Below are positions 1-9,566 of a stretch of 64,000 nucleotides of DNA, in pieces. A model generated the notes under the pieces. The model made no database searches. It was not told the DNA's origin and saw nothing but the letters and a program-made list of their open reading frames with translations. Each line of letters starts with the position of its first letter. Position 1 is the first letter of the stretch. The position numbers and the translations under genes are program-made. Source of the DNA: a bacterium (GTDB lineage Bacteria; UBP6; UBA1177; JAKLFG01); contig JAKLFG010000005.1 of the NCBI GenBank assembly GCA_022711315.1, forward strand, positions 7,037 through 71,036. Direction: 5' to 3'.

Positions 1-1
1 G

Positions 2-175
2 ACGCTCAACATCACGCTCGCCGACCAGACCGGCAAGACGATCCTGACCCGGAGCGAGAACCAGCGCGCGACCGCCGTCAGCGCGGCCGACGCGATACAC
101 CGCTCGTTCAAGGATGCCGAGAAGGCGATCTATCCCATCCTCAACAAGGCCATCGAGGCGCTCACCGCAAAGTGA
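2..175 (+). CDS. C-terminal fragment of an ORF entering from the left edge (hypothetical)
   Basis: Frame 2 is open from the window edge (TLNITLADQTGKT...ILNKAIEALTAK) to TGA at 173-175. No diagnostic motif. Confidence 0.35.
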   Translation, partial: TLNITLADQTGKTILTRSENQRATAVSAADAIHRSFKDAEKAIYPILNKAIEALTAK

Positions 176-237
176 CGCCGCGCGGGGCAGGCGCCCCGTA
201 AAGTTGCGCTCCGCGGGACTTTGCGCTATCGTGTCTC

Positions 238-1185
238 ATGCTGTTCCTCCTCTGTGCGATACTGTCAAGCAGCGCCGTGGCGCTCATCCTCAAATACGCC
301 GAGTCCCGCGCATACCGCCGGCTTCCCGTGGTCGCCGCGAACTACCTCGCCGCCGCTATCCTGTCGGTCCTCCTCGCGGGCGGCGCGCTCATTCCGGACG
401 GTGTTCAGGTCGATCTTGTCGCCGCCTTTCTCGCCGAGGCGGGCGGCGTACTTTCCGGGAGCGGCCGCTTCTCGGCGGGCGGATCGACCGGGTGGGCAAT
501 GCTCTGGGGCGTCCCGGCGGGTCTGCTCTACTTCCTCGGGCTTATCAGCATCCAGCGGAGCATCCGCGAGAGCGGCGTCGGGCTCACCGGCGCCTTCTCG
601 AAGTCGGCGATACTCATCCCGATACTCGTGTCGGTCCTGCTGTGGCGCGAGCGGCCGACCAGCCTGCAGTGGACCGGCATCGCGCTCACCTTCGCGGCCA
701 TCGCGCTGTCGCAAAGCGGGAAAAGGGGCGAAGGGTCGGCGCGGGTCGGCGCGGGGCTCATCCTCATGTTCCTCGCGGTCGGGTGCGCCGAACTGTCGAA
801 CAAGGTGTTCCAGCAGTACGCCCTGCCGCAGTACAAGGAACTCTTCCTCTTCGCCGTGTTCTTCACCGCGTTCCTCATCGCGACGGCGGCGTTATTCAAA
901 TCCCGTCAAGGTCCCGTTAACAAGGGACCGGAAGGAAGAAATGTCCTTTTCGCACAAGAGTTCTTCGTGGGGCTTGCCGTCGGCGTGCCGAACCTGTTCT
1001 CGAGTTATTTCCTGATACAGGCCTTCGCGACGCTGAACGCGTCGGTCGTCTTCCCGCTTTACAGCGCCGGGAGCATCGCCCTCATCGCCATCGGCGGCGT
1101 GGCGCTTTTCGGCGAGCGGCCGACACGGCGCGAACTGGCCGCCATCGCGATCGTCCTTGCCGCCATCGTGCTGATGGGCGGCTGA
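238..1185 (+). CDS. DMT/EamA-like integral membrane permease
   Basis: 315 aa with multiple hydrophobic segments in two similar halves; ATG at 238. Family call rests on architecture only. Confidence 0.55.
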   Translation: MLFLLCAILSSSAVALILKYAESRAYRRLPVVAANYLAAAILSVLLAGGALIPDGVQVDLVAAFLAEAGGVLSGSGRFSAGGSTGWAMLWGVPAGLLYFLGLISIQRSIRESGVGLTGAFSKSAILIPILVSVLLWRERPTSLQWTGIALTFAAIALSQSGKRGEGSARVGAGLILMFLAVGCAELSNKVFQQYALPQYKELFLFAVFFTAFLIATAALFKSRQGPVNKGPEGRNVLFAQEFFVGLAVGVPNLFSSYFLIQAFATLNASVVFPLYSAGSIALIAIGGVALFGERPTRRELAAIAIVLAAIVLMGG

Positions 1186-1188
1186 GTT

Positions 1189-2814
1189 TCACCCCGTGAC
1201 GACCACCGTCACGACCGGTTTCTTGTCGGTGAGTTCGGTGAGATATCTGCGGACGATGACGCGGAGGTCGTCCTCTATCTCCTCCGGCTCGCGCGCGGCG
1301 GTCTTCTTGTCGGCGAAATAGTCGTATATGAGATCGCGGAGCGCCCGTTCTATCGACTTCATGGCGCTCGCCGAGGCGATGCCCAGAGAGAAGAAGCGCG
1401 GCGGGGTGACCAGTTTACCCGCGATGAGGTTGGCCGACAGCACCACCGTCATGCCGCCGGAGCGGGCGAGCCGTTTCCGCTCGCGTACCGTCTCGATATC
1501 AACGAGTTCGGTGCTGTAGTTGCTCACGATGCGTTTCTGCAGGTCTATCCGCTGGCGCAGTTCGGAATCCTTCTTGGTGTAAACGAGCACATCGCCGTCC
1601 GATATGAGCCGCGCCGAAAAGCCCTCCTTCTCGAGCACGCGGCAGTGGTGGTCGATGAAACGCAGGTGACCGTGGACCGGGACGATGAGCGACGGGTTCA
1701 CCTCGCGCGCCGCGAGCAGAAGGTCGTCGCGCCGCCCGTGACCCGAGGCGTGGATATTGGCGGTCGCCTCGTAAAAGAGGTTCACCCCCTTCTCGACGAG
1801 CGAGTCCATCATGCGGCCGATGGCGGTCTCGTTGCCCGGGATGATCTTCGACGAGAACAGTATCGTGTCACCGTACTTGAGCGGCACCGCCTTGAGCATG
1901 TCGAGCGACAGCCGCTTCATGATGGAGCGCGGTTCGGCCTGCGAGCCGGTGACTATCATGAGCAGTTTCTTGTCCGGTATCAGGGAGAACTGCGTCTCGT
2001 CGGTGACGATCGACCCGGGCAGTTCGAGATAGCCGAGTTGCTGGGCGAGGCGGGTGTAGTTGCGGACGCTGCGACCCATGAACCCGACAGTGCGGCCCGA
2101 TTCCTGCGCGACGGCGATGATGTTCTTTATCCGATCGATGTTCGAAGAAAAGGCGGTGACTATGATGCGCCCCTTCGCCCCGGCGATGATCCTGCGGAGG
2201 TTCGGGATGAGTTCCGGCTCCTGCTTCGAGACCCCTTCCCGCTCGATGTTGGTCGAATCGACGAACATCATGTCGATATCCTCGGGCACCTTCTTGTAGA
2301 ACGGCGAGTGGCCCGAGCCGTCGCACTTGAAGTCGCCGGTATGGAGCAGTTTGAACGGTCCCGCCTCGATGAGCAGCCCCTTCGCCTCCGGTATGCTGTG
2401 CGGCACCGGGAGCATCCGGACCGTGAACGGGCCGATCTCGATGGGCGCCTTGCGCTTGGCCGGGAGCACCACGAGATTCTGATATCGCGCCACCTTACCC
2501 ATCCGCTCCTTGAGCAGGCCCGCCGGGAACTCGGTGAGATAGACCGGCACATCGTGGTCGCGCAGGAGATAGGGTATCGCCCCGATGTGGTCCTCGTGAC
2601 CGTGCGTGACGACCACCCCTTCGAGCGTGACGCCGAGCGTCGCCAGCGCGTCGAAGTCGGGGATGAAGAAATCGTCGTCCATCAGGTAATCGTTGCCCGG
2701 GAAGCCCATACCACAGTCCACCATGAGCGCCTTTTTGTGGTAGATGAGGAGCAGGCAGTTCTTGCCGACCTCGCGCAACCCGCCGAGCGGCACCGCCATG
2801 ATCTGTTCAGCCAT
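1189..2814 (-). CDS. rnj: Ribonuclease J (metallo-beta-lactamase / beta-CASP RNase)
   Basis: VVVTHGHEDHIGAIPYLL (HxHxDH motif) and LGGLREVGKNC N-terminus; about 540 aa, typical of RNase J. ATG at 2814 (MAEQIMAVPLGG) preferred because GAGG lies upstream; the track start at 2832 is TTG. Confidence 0.9.
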   Translation of the reverse strand: MAEQIMAVPLGGLREVGKNCLLLIYHKKALMVDCGMGFPGNDYLMDDDFFIPDFDALATLGVTLEGVVVTHGHEDHIGAIPYLLRDHDVPVYLTEFPAGLLKERMGKVARYQNLVVLPAKRKAPIEIGPFTVRMLPVPHSIPEAKGLLIEAGPFKLLHTGDFKCDGSGHSPFYKKVPEDIDMMFVDSTNIEREGVSKQEPELIPNLRRIIAGAKGRIIVTAFSSNIDRIKNIIAVAQESGRTVGFMGRSVRNYTRLAQQLGYLELPGSIVTDETQFSLIPDKKLLMIVTGSQAEPRSIMKRLSLDMLKAVPLKYGDTILFSSKIIPGNETAIGRMMDSLVEKGVNLFYEATANIHASGHGRRDDLLLAAREVNPSLIVPVHGHLRFIDHHCRVLEKEGFSARLISDGDVLVYTKKDSELRQRIDLQKRIVSNYSTELVDIETVRERKRLARSGGMTVVLSANLIAGKLVTPPRFFSLGIASASAMKSIERALRDLIYDYFADKKTAAREPEEIEDDLRVIVRRYLTELTDKKPVVTVVVTG

Positions 2815-2998
2815 CGCATACCTCGCGCACAAGCAAAAGAACGGCGCATCCTAGCACAGGTCCCGTCCGGGAGCAATATAAACCCGCTTCCCCTACTCCG
2901 CCGATATCACTAGGACATTAACCCCGGAATGTTCTTTGCTCTTTTAAGAGTCATGAGGTGTCTTTACACGAACCACTGACACATAACGGAGTATCGTC

Positions 2999-5329
2999 AT
3001 GAAAAAGACCCTGTTCCTGTCGCTTCTTTCCTTCGCGTTCCTGCTCGGCGCCGCCGATGTCGCCGCGCCGAAGATCGCCTTCAAGGGGACCGTCCCCTCC
3101 TTCGTCACCGACCTCACGGTGACCCTGCCGGCCGACGAGGCGGCGGTCACCCGCTGGCTCTCCCGCGAATTCCTGCCGACCTACCTGCCCCGCACCGCCG
3201 CGAAACCGACGCTCGCGCGGCATATCGGCCACGACGGTCACCGCCTGTTCCGGTACGGCTACACGGTCGGCGGCGTGACGGTCGAGGGGGCGTTCACCAC
3301 CGTCGCCCTGCGCGACGGCACGGTGTACCGCGTGACCAACTCGCTCGGCGCGATACCCGCCATCGACACGACGCCGGTCCTCTCGGCCGCCGACGCCGCC
3401 CGCGTCGCCTTCACCGCGCAGACCGGCCGGTCCATCCTCTCCGCGCCGCGTCACTGGGCCGAGAAGCGGATCGTGCGGCACCACGGCTCGTGGCGTCTCG
3501 TATGGAAAGTACGGCTGACCCCGGTGTCGCTCGCCGACGGCCGGTTCTACTACATCGACGCCCGCGACGGCGCCCTGCTCGGCGGCGGTGATGACACGCG
3601 GTTCGCCGAGCCGACCGACATGGCCAAGGTCTTTGAGACCAATCCCAAGCGGAACAAGACCCCCATCGAGGTCGAACTGCCGTGGATCGATCCGACCGAC
3701 GGCAAACTGACCTCGGCCCCCGACGAGGAGGGGGTGCGCGCCGTCGTTGCCGCCAACTGCCCCGACGAGGGGAAGACCATCGAGGTGACCGGGTACGGCA
3801 CGCTCGCCATCTGCACCGCGAAGCAGATCGCCGACAAGAACGAGAACGGCAGTTTCATCTACGAGGACTGGGACGACGGAGTGGCGATGAAATTCGACGC
3901 CGCCGACATCTATCCCGAGGTCTCGATGTACTACCACGCCTCGAAGATATACAAGTTCCTGCGTGACCTCGAACTCGACGGGTTCCACTACTTGAGCGGC
4001 CACAATGTCGGGTCGGCCAATCCGAGCCCGCTCATCGTCGTCGCCAACTTCCAGATGCCCACGCAGGGAGGCGGCCTCTCGCCGATGGACAACGCCTTCT
4101 TCTCGGCGGTCCAGCCCGGCTTCACCGACATCTTCTTCGCCGATTTCCCCTATCAGGGCGACATGCTCGTCTTCGGGCAGGGGACCAAGACCGATTTCGC
4201 CTATGACGGCGATGTGATATACCACGAGTTCGGCCACGCCGTCGAGGCGGCGACCTCAGGGCTCTCCCCGATGCCCTATGCCGACAAGTACGGCTTTTCG
4301 AACATCCCCGTCAGCATCAACGAGGGGATCGCCGACAGTTTCTCCTTCATCATGTCGCAGGACGCCTGCCTCGGTGAATACGCCTCCGAAGGGCTCGCCT
4401 CGCTGGCGGGCTACGAGAAGGGCGAGGAGGGGTTCTACTGCATGCGCCGCGCCGACAACGGCAATCTCGTCAACGAGGACTTCACCGGTGAGTCGCACGA
4501 GGATGGACTTCCCTTCGTCGGGATGAACTGGGCGCTGTATCAGGAGGGGCTCAAGAACGACCTGACCCGCGAGGACTTCGCGCGACTCTTCCTCCGGATG
4601 CTCCTCTCGTTCGCCGACCCCGAGGCAACTCCTCAGGATTACGCCGACATCATGCTTTCCGAGATCGAGAACGACCCGAAGTTCAAGCCGCTCAAGGATA
4701 CCGTCGCGACGCTTCTCGAAGAGCGTGGATTCAACGAACCGGCCCGCGCCCGCGACATCACCCGCCCGGTGACCTACATCATGTCGGGCGGCACCTCGTC
4801 GTCCTACGGCGCGCCGACCAGTTCCTTCACCGCCGATGTGGCGGGTGACGAGATGAAGATCGCCCCCGCCTATGTCCAGTTCTACTTCGATATGCCGGCC
4901 TGCATGGACACGCTTACGGTGACCGGTCGCGGCGTATCGACCTCGCAGTCGGGCGGCACCGCGCCCCGCTACTGGCTGTTCGTCCGCAAGGATGCGCCGG
5001 TGACCTACACCATCGACGATTACCCGGTACCGGTCGCGCTCGACACGGTCGTCGAGCCGGTGGACAACATCTACGAGATAAAGAACCTTGAGGCGGGCGC
5101 CCGCTACTACCTCCATTTCGTGAATGTCGCCTCTTCCGAAGGGGTCGTCGCCTACATCTCGGCGAACGCGACCCGTTCCAGTGCCGACCAGTGCGTCGAG
5201 AACCCCGATGATGTCGTGCCCGACGACGAGACGACCGACGAACTCGCCGACGCCGACACGGTCGTCGTCCCCGATGAGGCCGACACGAAGAAGGGGTCGT
5301 CGGGCGGCTGTTCGCTGACCTTGTTCTAA
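2999..5329 (+). CDS. Secreted zinc metalloprotease, gluzincin type (thermolysin/fungalysin-like), with acidic C-terminal linker
   Basis: Signal peptide MKKTLFLSLLSFAFLLGAADVAA. HEFGH at 4223-4237 followed by INEGIADSFSF (third-ligand Glu motif). C-terminal DDVVPDDETTDELADADTVVVPDEAD linker. Confidence 0.75.
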   Translation: MKKTLFLSLLSFAFLLGAADVAAPKIAFKGTVPSFVTDLTVTLPADEAAVTRWLSREFLPTYLPRTAAKPTLARHIGHDGHRLFRYGYTVGGVTVEGAFTTVALRDGTVYRVTNSLGAIPAIDTTPVLSAADAARVAFTAQTGRSILSAPRHWAEKRIVRHHGSWRLVWKVRLTPVSLADGRFYYIDARDGALLGGGDDTRFAEPTDMAKVFETNPKRNKTPIEVELPWIDPTDGKLTSAPDEEGVRAVVAANCPDEGKTIEVTGYGTLAICTAKQIADKNENGSFIYEDWDDGVAMKFDAADIYPEVSMYYHASKIYKFLRDLELDGFHYLSGHNVGSANPSPLIVVANFQMPTQGGGLSPMDNAFFSAVQPGFTDIFFADFPYQGDMLVFGQGTKTDFAYDGDVIYHEFGHAVEAATSGLSPMPYADKYGFSNIPVSINEGIADSFSFIMSQDACLGEYASEGLASLAGYEKGEEGFYCMRRADNGNLVNEDFTGESHEDGLPFVGMNWALYQEGLKNDLTREDFARLFLRMLLSFADPEATPQDYADIMLSEIENDPKFKPLKDTVATLLEERGFNEPARARDITRPVTYIMSGGTSSSYGAPTSSFTADVAGDEMKIAPAYVQFYFDMPACMDTLTVTGRGVSTSQSGGTAPRYWLFVRKDAPVTYTIDDYPVPVALDTVVEPVDNIYEIKNLEAGARYYLHFVNVASSEGVVAYISANATRSSADQCVENPDDVVPDDETTDELADADTVVVPDEADTKKGSSGGCSLTLF

Positions 5330-5377
5330 ACGACTTTTTCCTCTCTCTTCTCGATACCCCCCTAAAAAGCCTCTTTC

Positions 5378-5405
5378 GGCGTTCTGACCGATAAGGAAGA
5401 ACGCC
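5378..5405 (+). terminator. Possible stem-loop downstream of the protease gene
   Basis: GGCGTTCT (5378-5385) pairs with AGAACGCC (5398-5405) across a 12-nt loop, about 50 nt after the stop. No U-tract. Confidence 0.2.
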
Positions 5406-5517
5406 TCTCCCGTTCTCCCTCACGCACCGGGACGATTCCTTAAAAAAAACATGGCACTGTGGGCTTGAAGGGCATCGATGGCGATGCGTGTGAACAACCG
5501 AGATGATGGAGGCGACC

Positions 5518-7413
5518 ATGAAAAGGATCGTAGGGTTGGCGGCGGTCGTTACGGCGGCGGCCGTGGTCTTCTTCGCCTGCAAGGTGGGCGAGATGGCGAA
5601 AGAGGCGCACGAGAACCCCGACGAGGGGCTCGTCAGGCTCGATGACAGCGGTATCGTTAAGAAGATCGAGGAGTTGGAAAAGTCAAAAGCGAAAGAGGAA
5701 CCAGCAGAGACCGCAAAGAGCGACGGCGACAAGAAGGAACGCAAGGCGGCGGCGCAGGGTACGACGCGGAAGGCGCTGGACAGCGTCGCCGCCGCTCAGG
5801 GCGTCCACGGTACCGGCATGGGGGGCGGCAACTCGGCGTTTTCTAGCGGTGGACTCGGCACGCGCGGTGTCGGTGCATCGGGGCAGGGCTATGGCTACGG
5901 CTCGATGACCTTCCATGCCTACGGCCGCGCCGCCGGTGTGGCGGTGGCGCAGTCGTACACCTACGACACCGAACAGTATGAAGGAAAAGAGGAGGAAGGC
6001 TTCAAGTCGGCGCTCCACGATCCGCTCTCGACCTTCTCGATAGATGTCGATACCGCGAGTTACGCCAATGTGCGGCGGTTCCTCACTACCGATCAGTTGC
6101 CGCCCGTCGACGCGGTGCGCATCGAGGAACTGGTCAACTACTTCTCCTACCGGTATCCCGAACCGGCGGGCGATGCGCCCTTCTCGGTGACCACCGCGCT
6201 CGCCGACTGTCCGTGGGCGCCGGGACATCTTCTGCTGCAGGTGGGGCTCAAGGGGAAGGAGGTGTCGGTCGCGCAGATGCCGCCCGCGAACCTCACCTTC
6301 CTCATCGATGTGTCGGGTTCCATGAACGCGCCGAACAAACTGCCGCTTCTCCAGAAGGCCTTCGCCCTGCTGGTGAAGGAACTGCGGCCGCAGGACCGCG
6401 TCGCGATAGCGGTCTATGCCGGCGCCGCGGGGCTCGTCCTGCCGCCGACCGGCGGCGGCGACAAGCGGAAGATACAGGACGCCATCGCCAACCTCCGGGC
6501 GGGCGGCTCGACGGCGGGCGCCGAAGGGATAGAACTCGCCTACAAGACCGCCGGTGAGATGTTCGCCGCGAACGCCAACAACCGCGTCATCCTCGCGACC
6601 GACGGCGACTTCAATGTCGGCATCTCCGACGATGCGACGCTGGTGAAAATGATCGAGGAGAAGCGCAACAAGGGCATCTACCTCTCGGTCCTCGGGTTCG
6701 GCATGGGGAACTACAAGGACGCCAAGATGGAGAAGCTGGCCGACAAGGGGAACGGCAACTACGCCTACATCGACGGCCTGCTCGAAGCGAAGAAGATCTT
6801 CGTGAAGCAACTCGGCGGAACGCTGCTGACCATCGCGAAGGATGTCAAGATACAGATAGAGTTCAATCCCAAGGCGGTCGCCTCCTACCGGCTCATCGGC
6901 TACGAGAACCGGCGGCTCGCCAAGGAGGATTTCAACGACGACAAAAAGGATGCGGGCGAGATCGGCGCGGGCCACACCGTCACCGCGTTCTATGAGATCG
7001 TGCCGGTCGGCGCCGAAGAGAACCCGGCGGTCGATCCGCTCCGATATCAGGCGCAGGCCGACACCACGGCGGCCGACAGCGGAGAGTTGGCGCTCGTGAA
7101 ACTGCGCTACAAGGCGCCGAAGGAGGATGTGAGCAGACTCATCACCCGTACCGTGGCGGTCTCTTCACGCCGGGCTTTCGCCGAGGCGCCGGAGGATATC
7201 CGGTTCGCGGCGGCGGTGGTCGGGTTCGGGATGTTGCTCAAAAGGTCGCCCTACGCCGGGAAGTTCGACTGGAAGGCGGTCACGGCGGCGGCGAAGGGGG
7301 CCAAAGGGGTCGACGACGAAGGGTACCGGGCCGAGTTCCTGCGGCTTGTCGAGAAGGCGGAACTGCTTTTCGACGCGGCGGGACGATCGGCCGATGCCGG
7401 ACAGGAACACTAA
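5518..7413 (+). CDS. von Willebrand factor type A domain protein (YfbK-like), lipoprotein/secreted
   Basis: LSTFSIDVDTASYANVRRFL N-terminal module and MIDAS motif FLIDVSGSMN, with the C-terminal extension typical of YfbK-type proteins. GGAGG lies 6 nt upstream of ATG 5518. Signal with FFAC lipobox-like site. Confidence 0.8.
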   Translation: MKRIVGLAAVVTAAAVVFFACKVGEMAKEAHENPDEGLVRLDDSGIVKKIEELEKSKAKEEPAETAKSDGDKKERKAAAQGTTRKALDSVAAAQGVHGTGMGGGNSAFSSGGLGTRGVGASGQGYGYGSMTFHAYGRAAGVAVAQSYTYDTEQYEGKEEEGFKSALHDPLSTFSIDVDTASYANVRRFLTTDQLPPVDAVRIEELVNYFSYRYPEPAGDAPFSVTTALADCPWAPGHLLLQVGLKGKEVSVAQMPPANLTFLIDVSGSMNAPNKLPLLQKAFALLVKELRPQDRVAIAVYAGAAGLVLPPTGGGDKRKIQDAIANLRAGGSTAGAEGIELAYKTAGEMFAANANNRVILATDGDFNVGISDDATLVKMIEEKRNKGIYLSVLGFGMGNYKDAKMEKLADKGNGNYAYIDGLLEAKKIFVKQLGGTLLTIAKDVKIQIEFNPKAVASYRLIGYENRRLAKEDFNDDKKDAGEIGAGHTVTAFYEIVPVGAEENPAVDPLRYQAQADTTAADSGELALVKLRYKAPKEDVSRLITRTVAVSSRRAFAEAPEDIRFAAAVVGFGMLLKRSPYAGKFDWKAVTAAAKGAKGVDDEGYRAEFLRLVEKAELLFDAAGRSADAGQEH

Positions 7414-7428
7414 CCGAAGGAGGGTGCT

Positions 7429-8826
7429 ATGAACGCTGAAAGGAAACGGCTGCTCTACGATCTTCCCCTCATACCGGTCCCGCAGCGGGGGGAGTTGTCG
7501 GCGGCGCGGAGTTACCCGGAGATCCGGGTCATCTGGAACGGGACGCTGATGGAGGTCATCGCGGCACGCGGCGCAGTGAGCGTCGGCCACGCCGAAGCGG
7601 CCGACATCGTGGTGGACGAATCGGTGTGGGACGAGCCGCTCCACGAACTCATCACGGTGCGCGACGGTACGGCGACGCTCCGGCTGACCCGCGCCATGAA
7701 CGGACGGATCTACACGCCGAGAAGTTCGCGCGAGGTAGCGGCGTACCTCGATGAGCGGGAAGAGACGCTCGAACTGGGACCGGGGTGCGGCGCGGTGCTT
7801 GAGTTCGGGCCGGTCACCGTCGTCATCCGGATGACGGGGCGGGAGAAGGTGCGGCCGGCGCCGTTCCTCGAACAGGTGGACACCGCCGCGCTCTCGCTCT
7901 TCGCGCTCCTGTTCATCGTCGGACTGCTTCTCATCAACGCCATCATCGAGACGCCGCCCATCGAGACCGATTTCGTCGTGGTGCCGATCGAAGGCGGGTT
8001 CAAGCCGATACCGTTCGACGAGGTGCCGGTCGAGGAGCCGGAACCGGTGAAGAAGGTCATCCTCAAGCGCGACAACGACGGGCTCCATGACGCGGCGCAG
8101 GCCCGCAAGGCGCTCGGCGAAGAGGGGCGCGTCGGGTCGAAGACGAGCAGGGTCGCCAACGCGCAGGGTTCGTCGCGCAAGGCGCTCGAGGACAAGGTCA
8201 CCCGCAGTTCGGGCATCGTCGGGGCGCTCACGAGCGGCGCGCAGGCCTTCGACCGCATCTTCGGCGGCGGCGGGCTCGGCGCGGGGCTTGAACGGACGCT
8301 CGGGTCGGTGACCGGGCTCGCGGGGGTCGATCAGTTCGGCACCGGCGGGCTCGGGACGCGCGGTTTCGGCACCGGCGGCGGCGGCAACGCGCTCACCATC
8401 GGCGGACTCCACACCCGCGGCAAAGGGGGCGACGGCTCGACCGTCGGCTACGGCATGGACAAAGGGCGGATAGGCGGCAAAACGCTCGCCGCCATCGACG
8501 CGGGCGGCGGGCAGGCGGTCATCATGGGGGCGCTCGACCGCGCCGTCATCGATTCCTACATCAAGCGGAACATCGCCAAGATACGCTGGTGCTACGAGAA
8601 GGAACTCAACAAGAACGCGAACCTGTTCGGCAAGGTGGTCGTCAACTTCATCATCTCGAAGAGCGGTCAGGTCTCATCCTCGAAGGTCCAGCGCGCCTCC
8701 ATCCAGAGCGAGCCGGTCGAGACCTGCGTCGCCGATCAGATACGCAAGATACGCTTCCCCGCGCCCAAGGGGGGCGGCATCGTCGTGGTCACCTATCCCT
8801 TCGTCTTCAAGAATGCGGCGAACTGA
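7429..8826 (+). CDS. AgmX/PglI C-terminal (TonB-C-like) domain protein with Gly-rich linker
   Basis: C-terminus IDSYIKRNIAKIRWCYEKELNKNANLFGKVVVNFIISKSGQVSSSKV...ETCVADQIRKIRFPAPKGGGIVVVTYPFVF matches the AgmX/PglI-type domain. Central TM segment and GGLG repeats. AAGGAGG RBS. Confidence 0.6.
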   Translation: MNAERKRLLYDLPLIPVPQRGELSAARSYPEIRVIWNGTLMEVIAARGAVSVGHAEAADIVVDESVWDEPLHELITVRDGTATLRLTRAMNGRIYTPRSSREVAAYLDEREETLELGPGCGAVLEFGPVTVVIRMTGREKVRPAPFLEQVDTAALSLFALLFIVGLLLINAIIETPPIETDFVVVPIEGGFKPIPFDEVPVEEPEPVKKVILKRDNDGLHDAAQARKALGEEGRVGSKTSRVANAQGSSRKALEDKVTRSSGIVGALTSGAQAFDRIFGGGGLGAGLERTLGSVTGLAGVDQFGTGGLGTRGFGTGGGGNALTIGGLHTRGKGGDGSTVGYGMDKGRIGGKTLAAIDAGGGQAVIMGALDRAVIDSYIKRNIAKIRWCYEKELNKNANLFGKVVVNFIISKSGQVSSSKVQRASIQSEPVETCVADQIRKIRFPAPKGGGIVVVTYPFVFKNAAN

Positions 8827-8895
8827 CCGCCCGGCGGCGAACCCGACTCGTTTTCTGTCAGAAATAACACCCTGTTTTCCTGATAAAAGATTCTC

Positions 8896-8931
8896 TTGAC
8901 TTGTCACATATTCTATGTATTATTCGTGACA
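8896..8931 (+). promoter_or_regulatory. abiE promoter with flanking inverted repeat (candidate AbiEi operator)
   Basis: TTGACT (8896-8901), 16-nt spacer, TATTAT (8918-8923). TGTCAC (8902-8907) and GTGACA (8926-8931) bracket the -10. AGGAGG at 8935-8940 precedes ATG 8949. Confidence 0.45.
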
Positions 8932-8948
8932 GACAGGAGGGCTGAGAG

Positions 8949-9566
8949 ATGGAAAACAATCTTTCAGGAAAGATACTTGCGCGGATATACGGCAAGGGTA
9001 GGGGTTATGTGTTTACGCCCAAGGACTTCCTCGATCTTGCCAATCATGCTACGGTGCGTCAGTCTCTTGCGCGGTTCGTCGAGGCGGGGACTATCCGCCG
9101 TCTCCTGCGCGGCGTCTACGACTATCCTGCGTTCAGCGATTTTCTCAAGGCGCCGGCGCGTCCCGATCCCGATGCCATCGCCCGGACGATAGCGCGGGCT
9201 CATGGATGGACCCTGCTGCCGGCGGGAGAGACGGCGCTGAATCTTCTTGGTCTGTCCACGCAGGTCCCGGCACAGTGGCACTATTTCAGTGACGGTCCTT
9301 CCAAGCGATACGAATGGAGCGGCGGTACGATCATCTTCACGCGCCGGGCGAACAGAGAGATAGCCGGTCTATCGCCGAAAACGGTGCTGGTGGTGCAGGC
9401 ACTCAAGTCGCTGGGAAAGGACCGCGTCGATATTGAAGTAATGGAGCGCCTTCGGCGCAAGCTCGACCGGAAGGAACGCTCTCGAGCGGTCGAAGAAGCC
9501 CGTTATGTGACGGCGTGGGTGTACGAGGTCATCAAACGATTGGAGGAGGAGGAGGGGCATGCGTGA
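8949..9566 (+). CDS. Type IV TA / abortive-infection antitoxin AbiEi-like (DUF6088-type transcriptional regulator)
   Basis: 205 aa with N-terminal wHTH-like KDFLDLANHATVRQSLARFVEAGTIRRLLRGVYDYP. Overlaps the downstream AbiEii-like gene by 8 nt. Confidence 0.7.
   Translation: MENNLSGKILARIYGKGRGYVFTPKDFLDLANHATVRQSLARFVEAGTIRRLLRGVYDYPAFSDFLKAPARPDPDAIARTIARAHGWTLLPAGETALNLLGLSTQVPAQWHYFSDGPSKRYEWSGGTIIFTRRANREIAGLSPKTVLVVQALKSLGKDRVDIEVMERLRRKLDRKERSRAVEEARYVTAWVYEVIKRLEEEEGHA

Noticed and set aside
2951-4237. Long ORFs antisense to, or out of frame with, the annotated genes. Examples: 2951-4237(-), 1645-2913(+), 5683-6975(-), 7165-8412(-), 11106-12836(+), 12652-14232(-), 15629-16684(-), 18745-20523(-), 17190-18110(-), 40496-41404(-), 44179-45396(-), 48448-49740(-).
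   Set aside because: Their translations are R/G/D/E/H/P-rich low complexity with no motifs. They mirror genes that do have clear family signatures. This is the expected by-product of high G+C with GC3-rich codons.
5299-5329. C-terminal GSSGGCSLTLF of the metalloprotease as a GlyGly-CTERM or MYXO-CTERM sorting signal.
   Set aside because: The Gly/Cys motif is followed by only five residues, with no transmembrane helix or basic tail, so it does not fit those signals. It could be a truncated or novel tail, but that cannot be supported from sequence alone.
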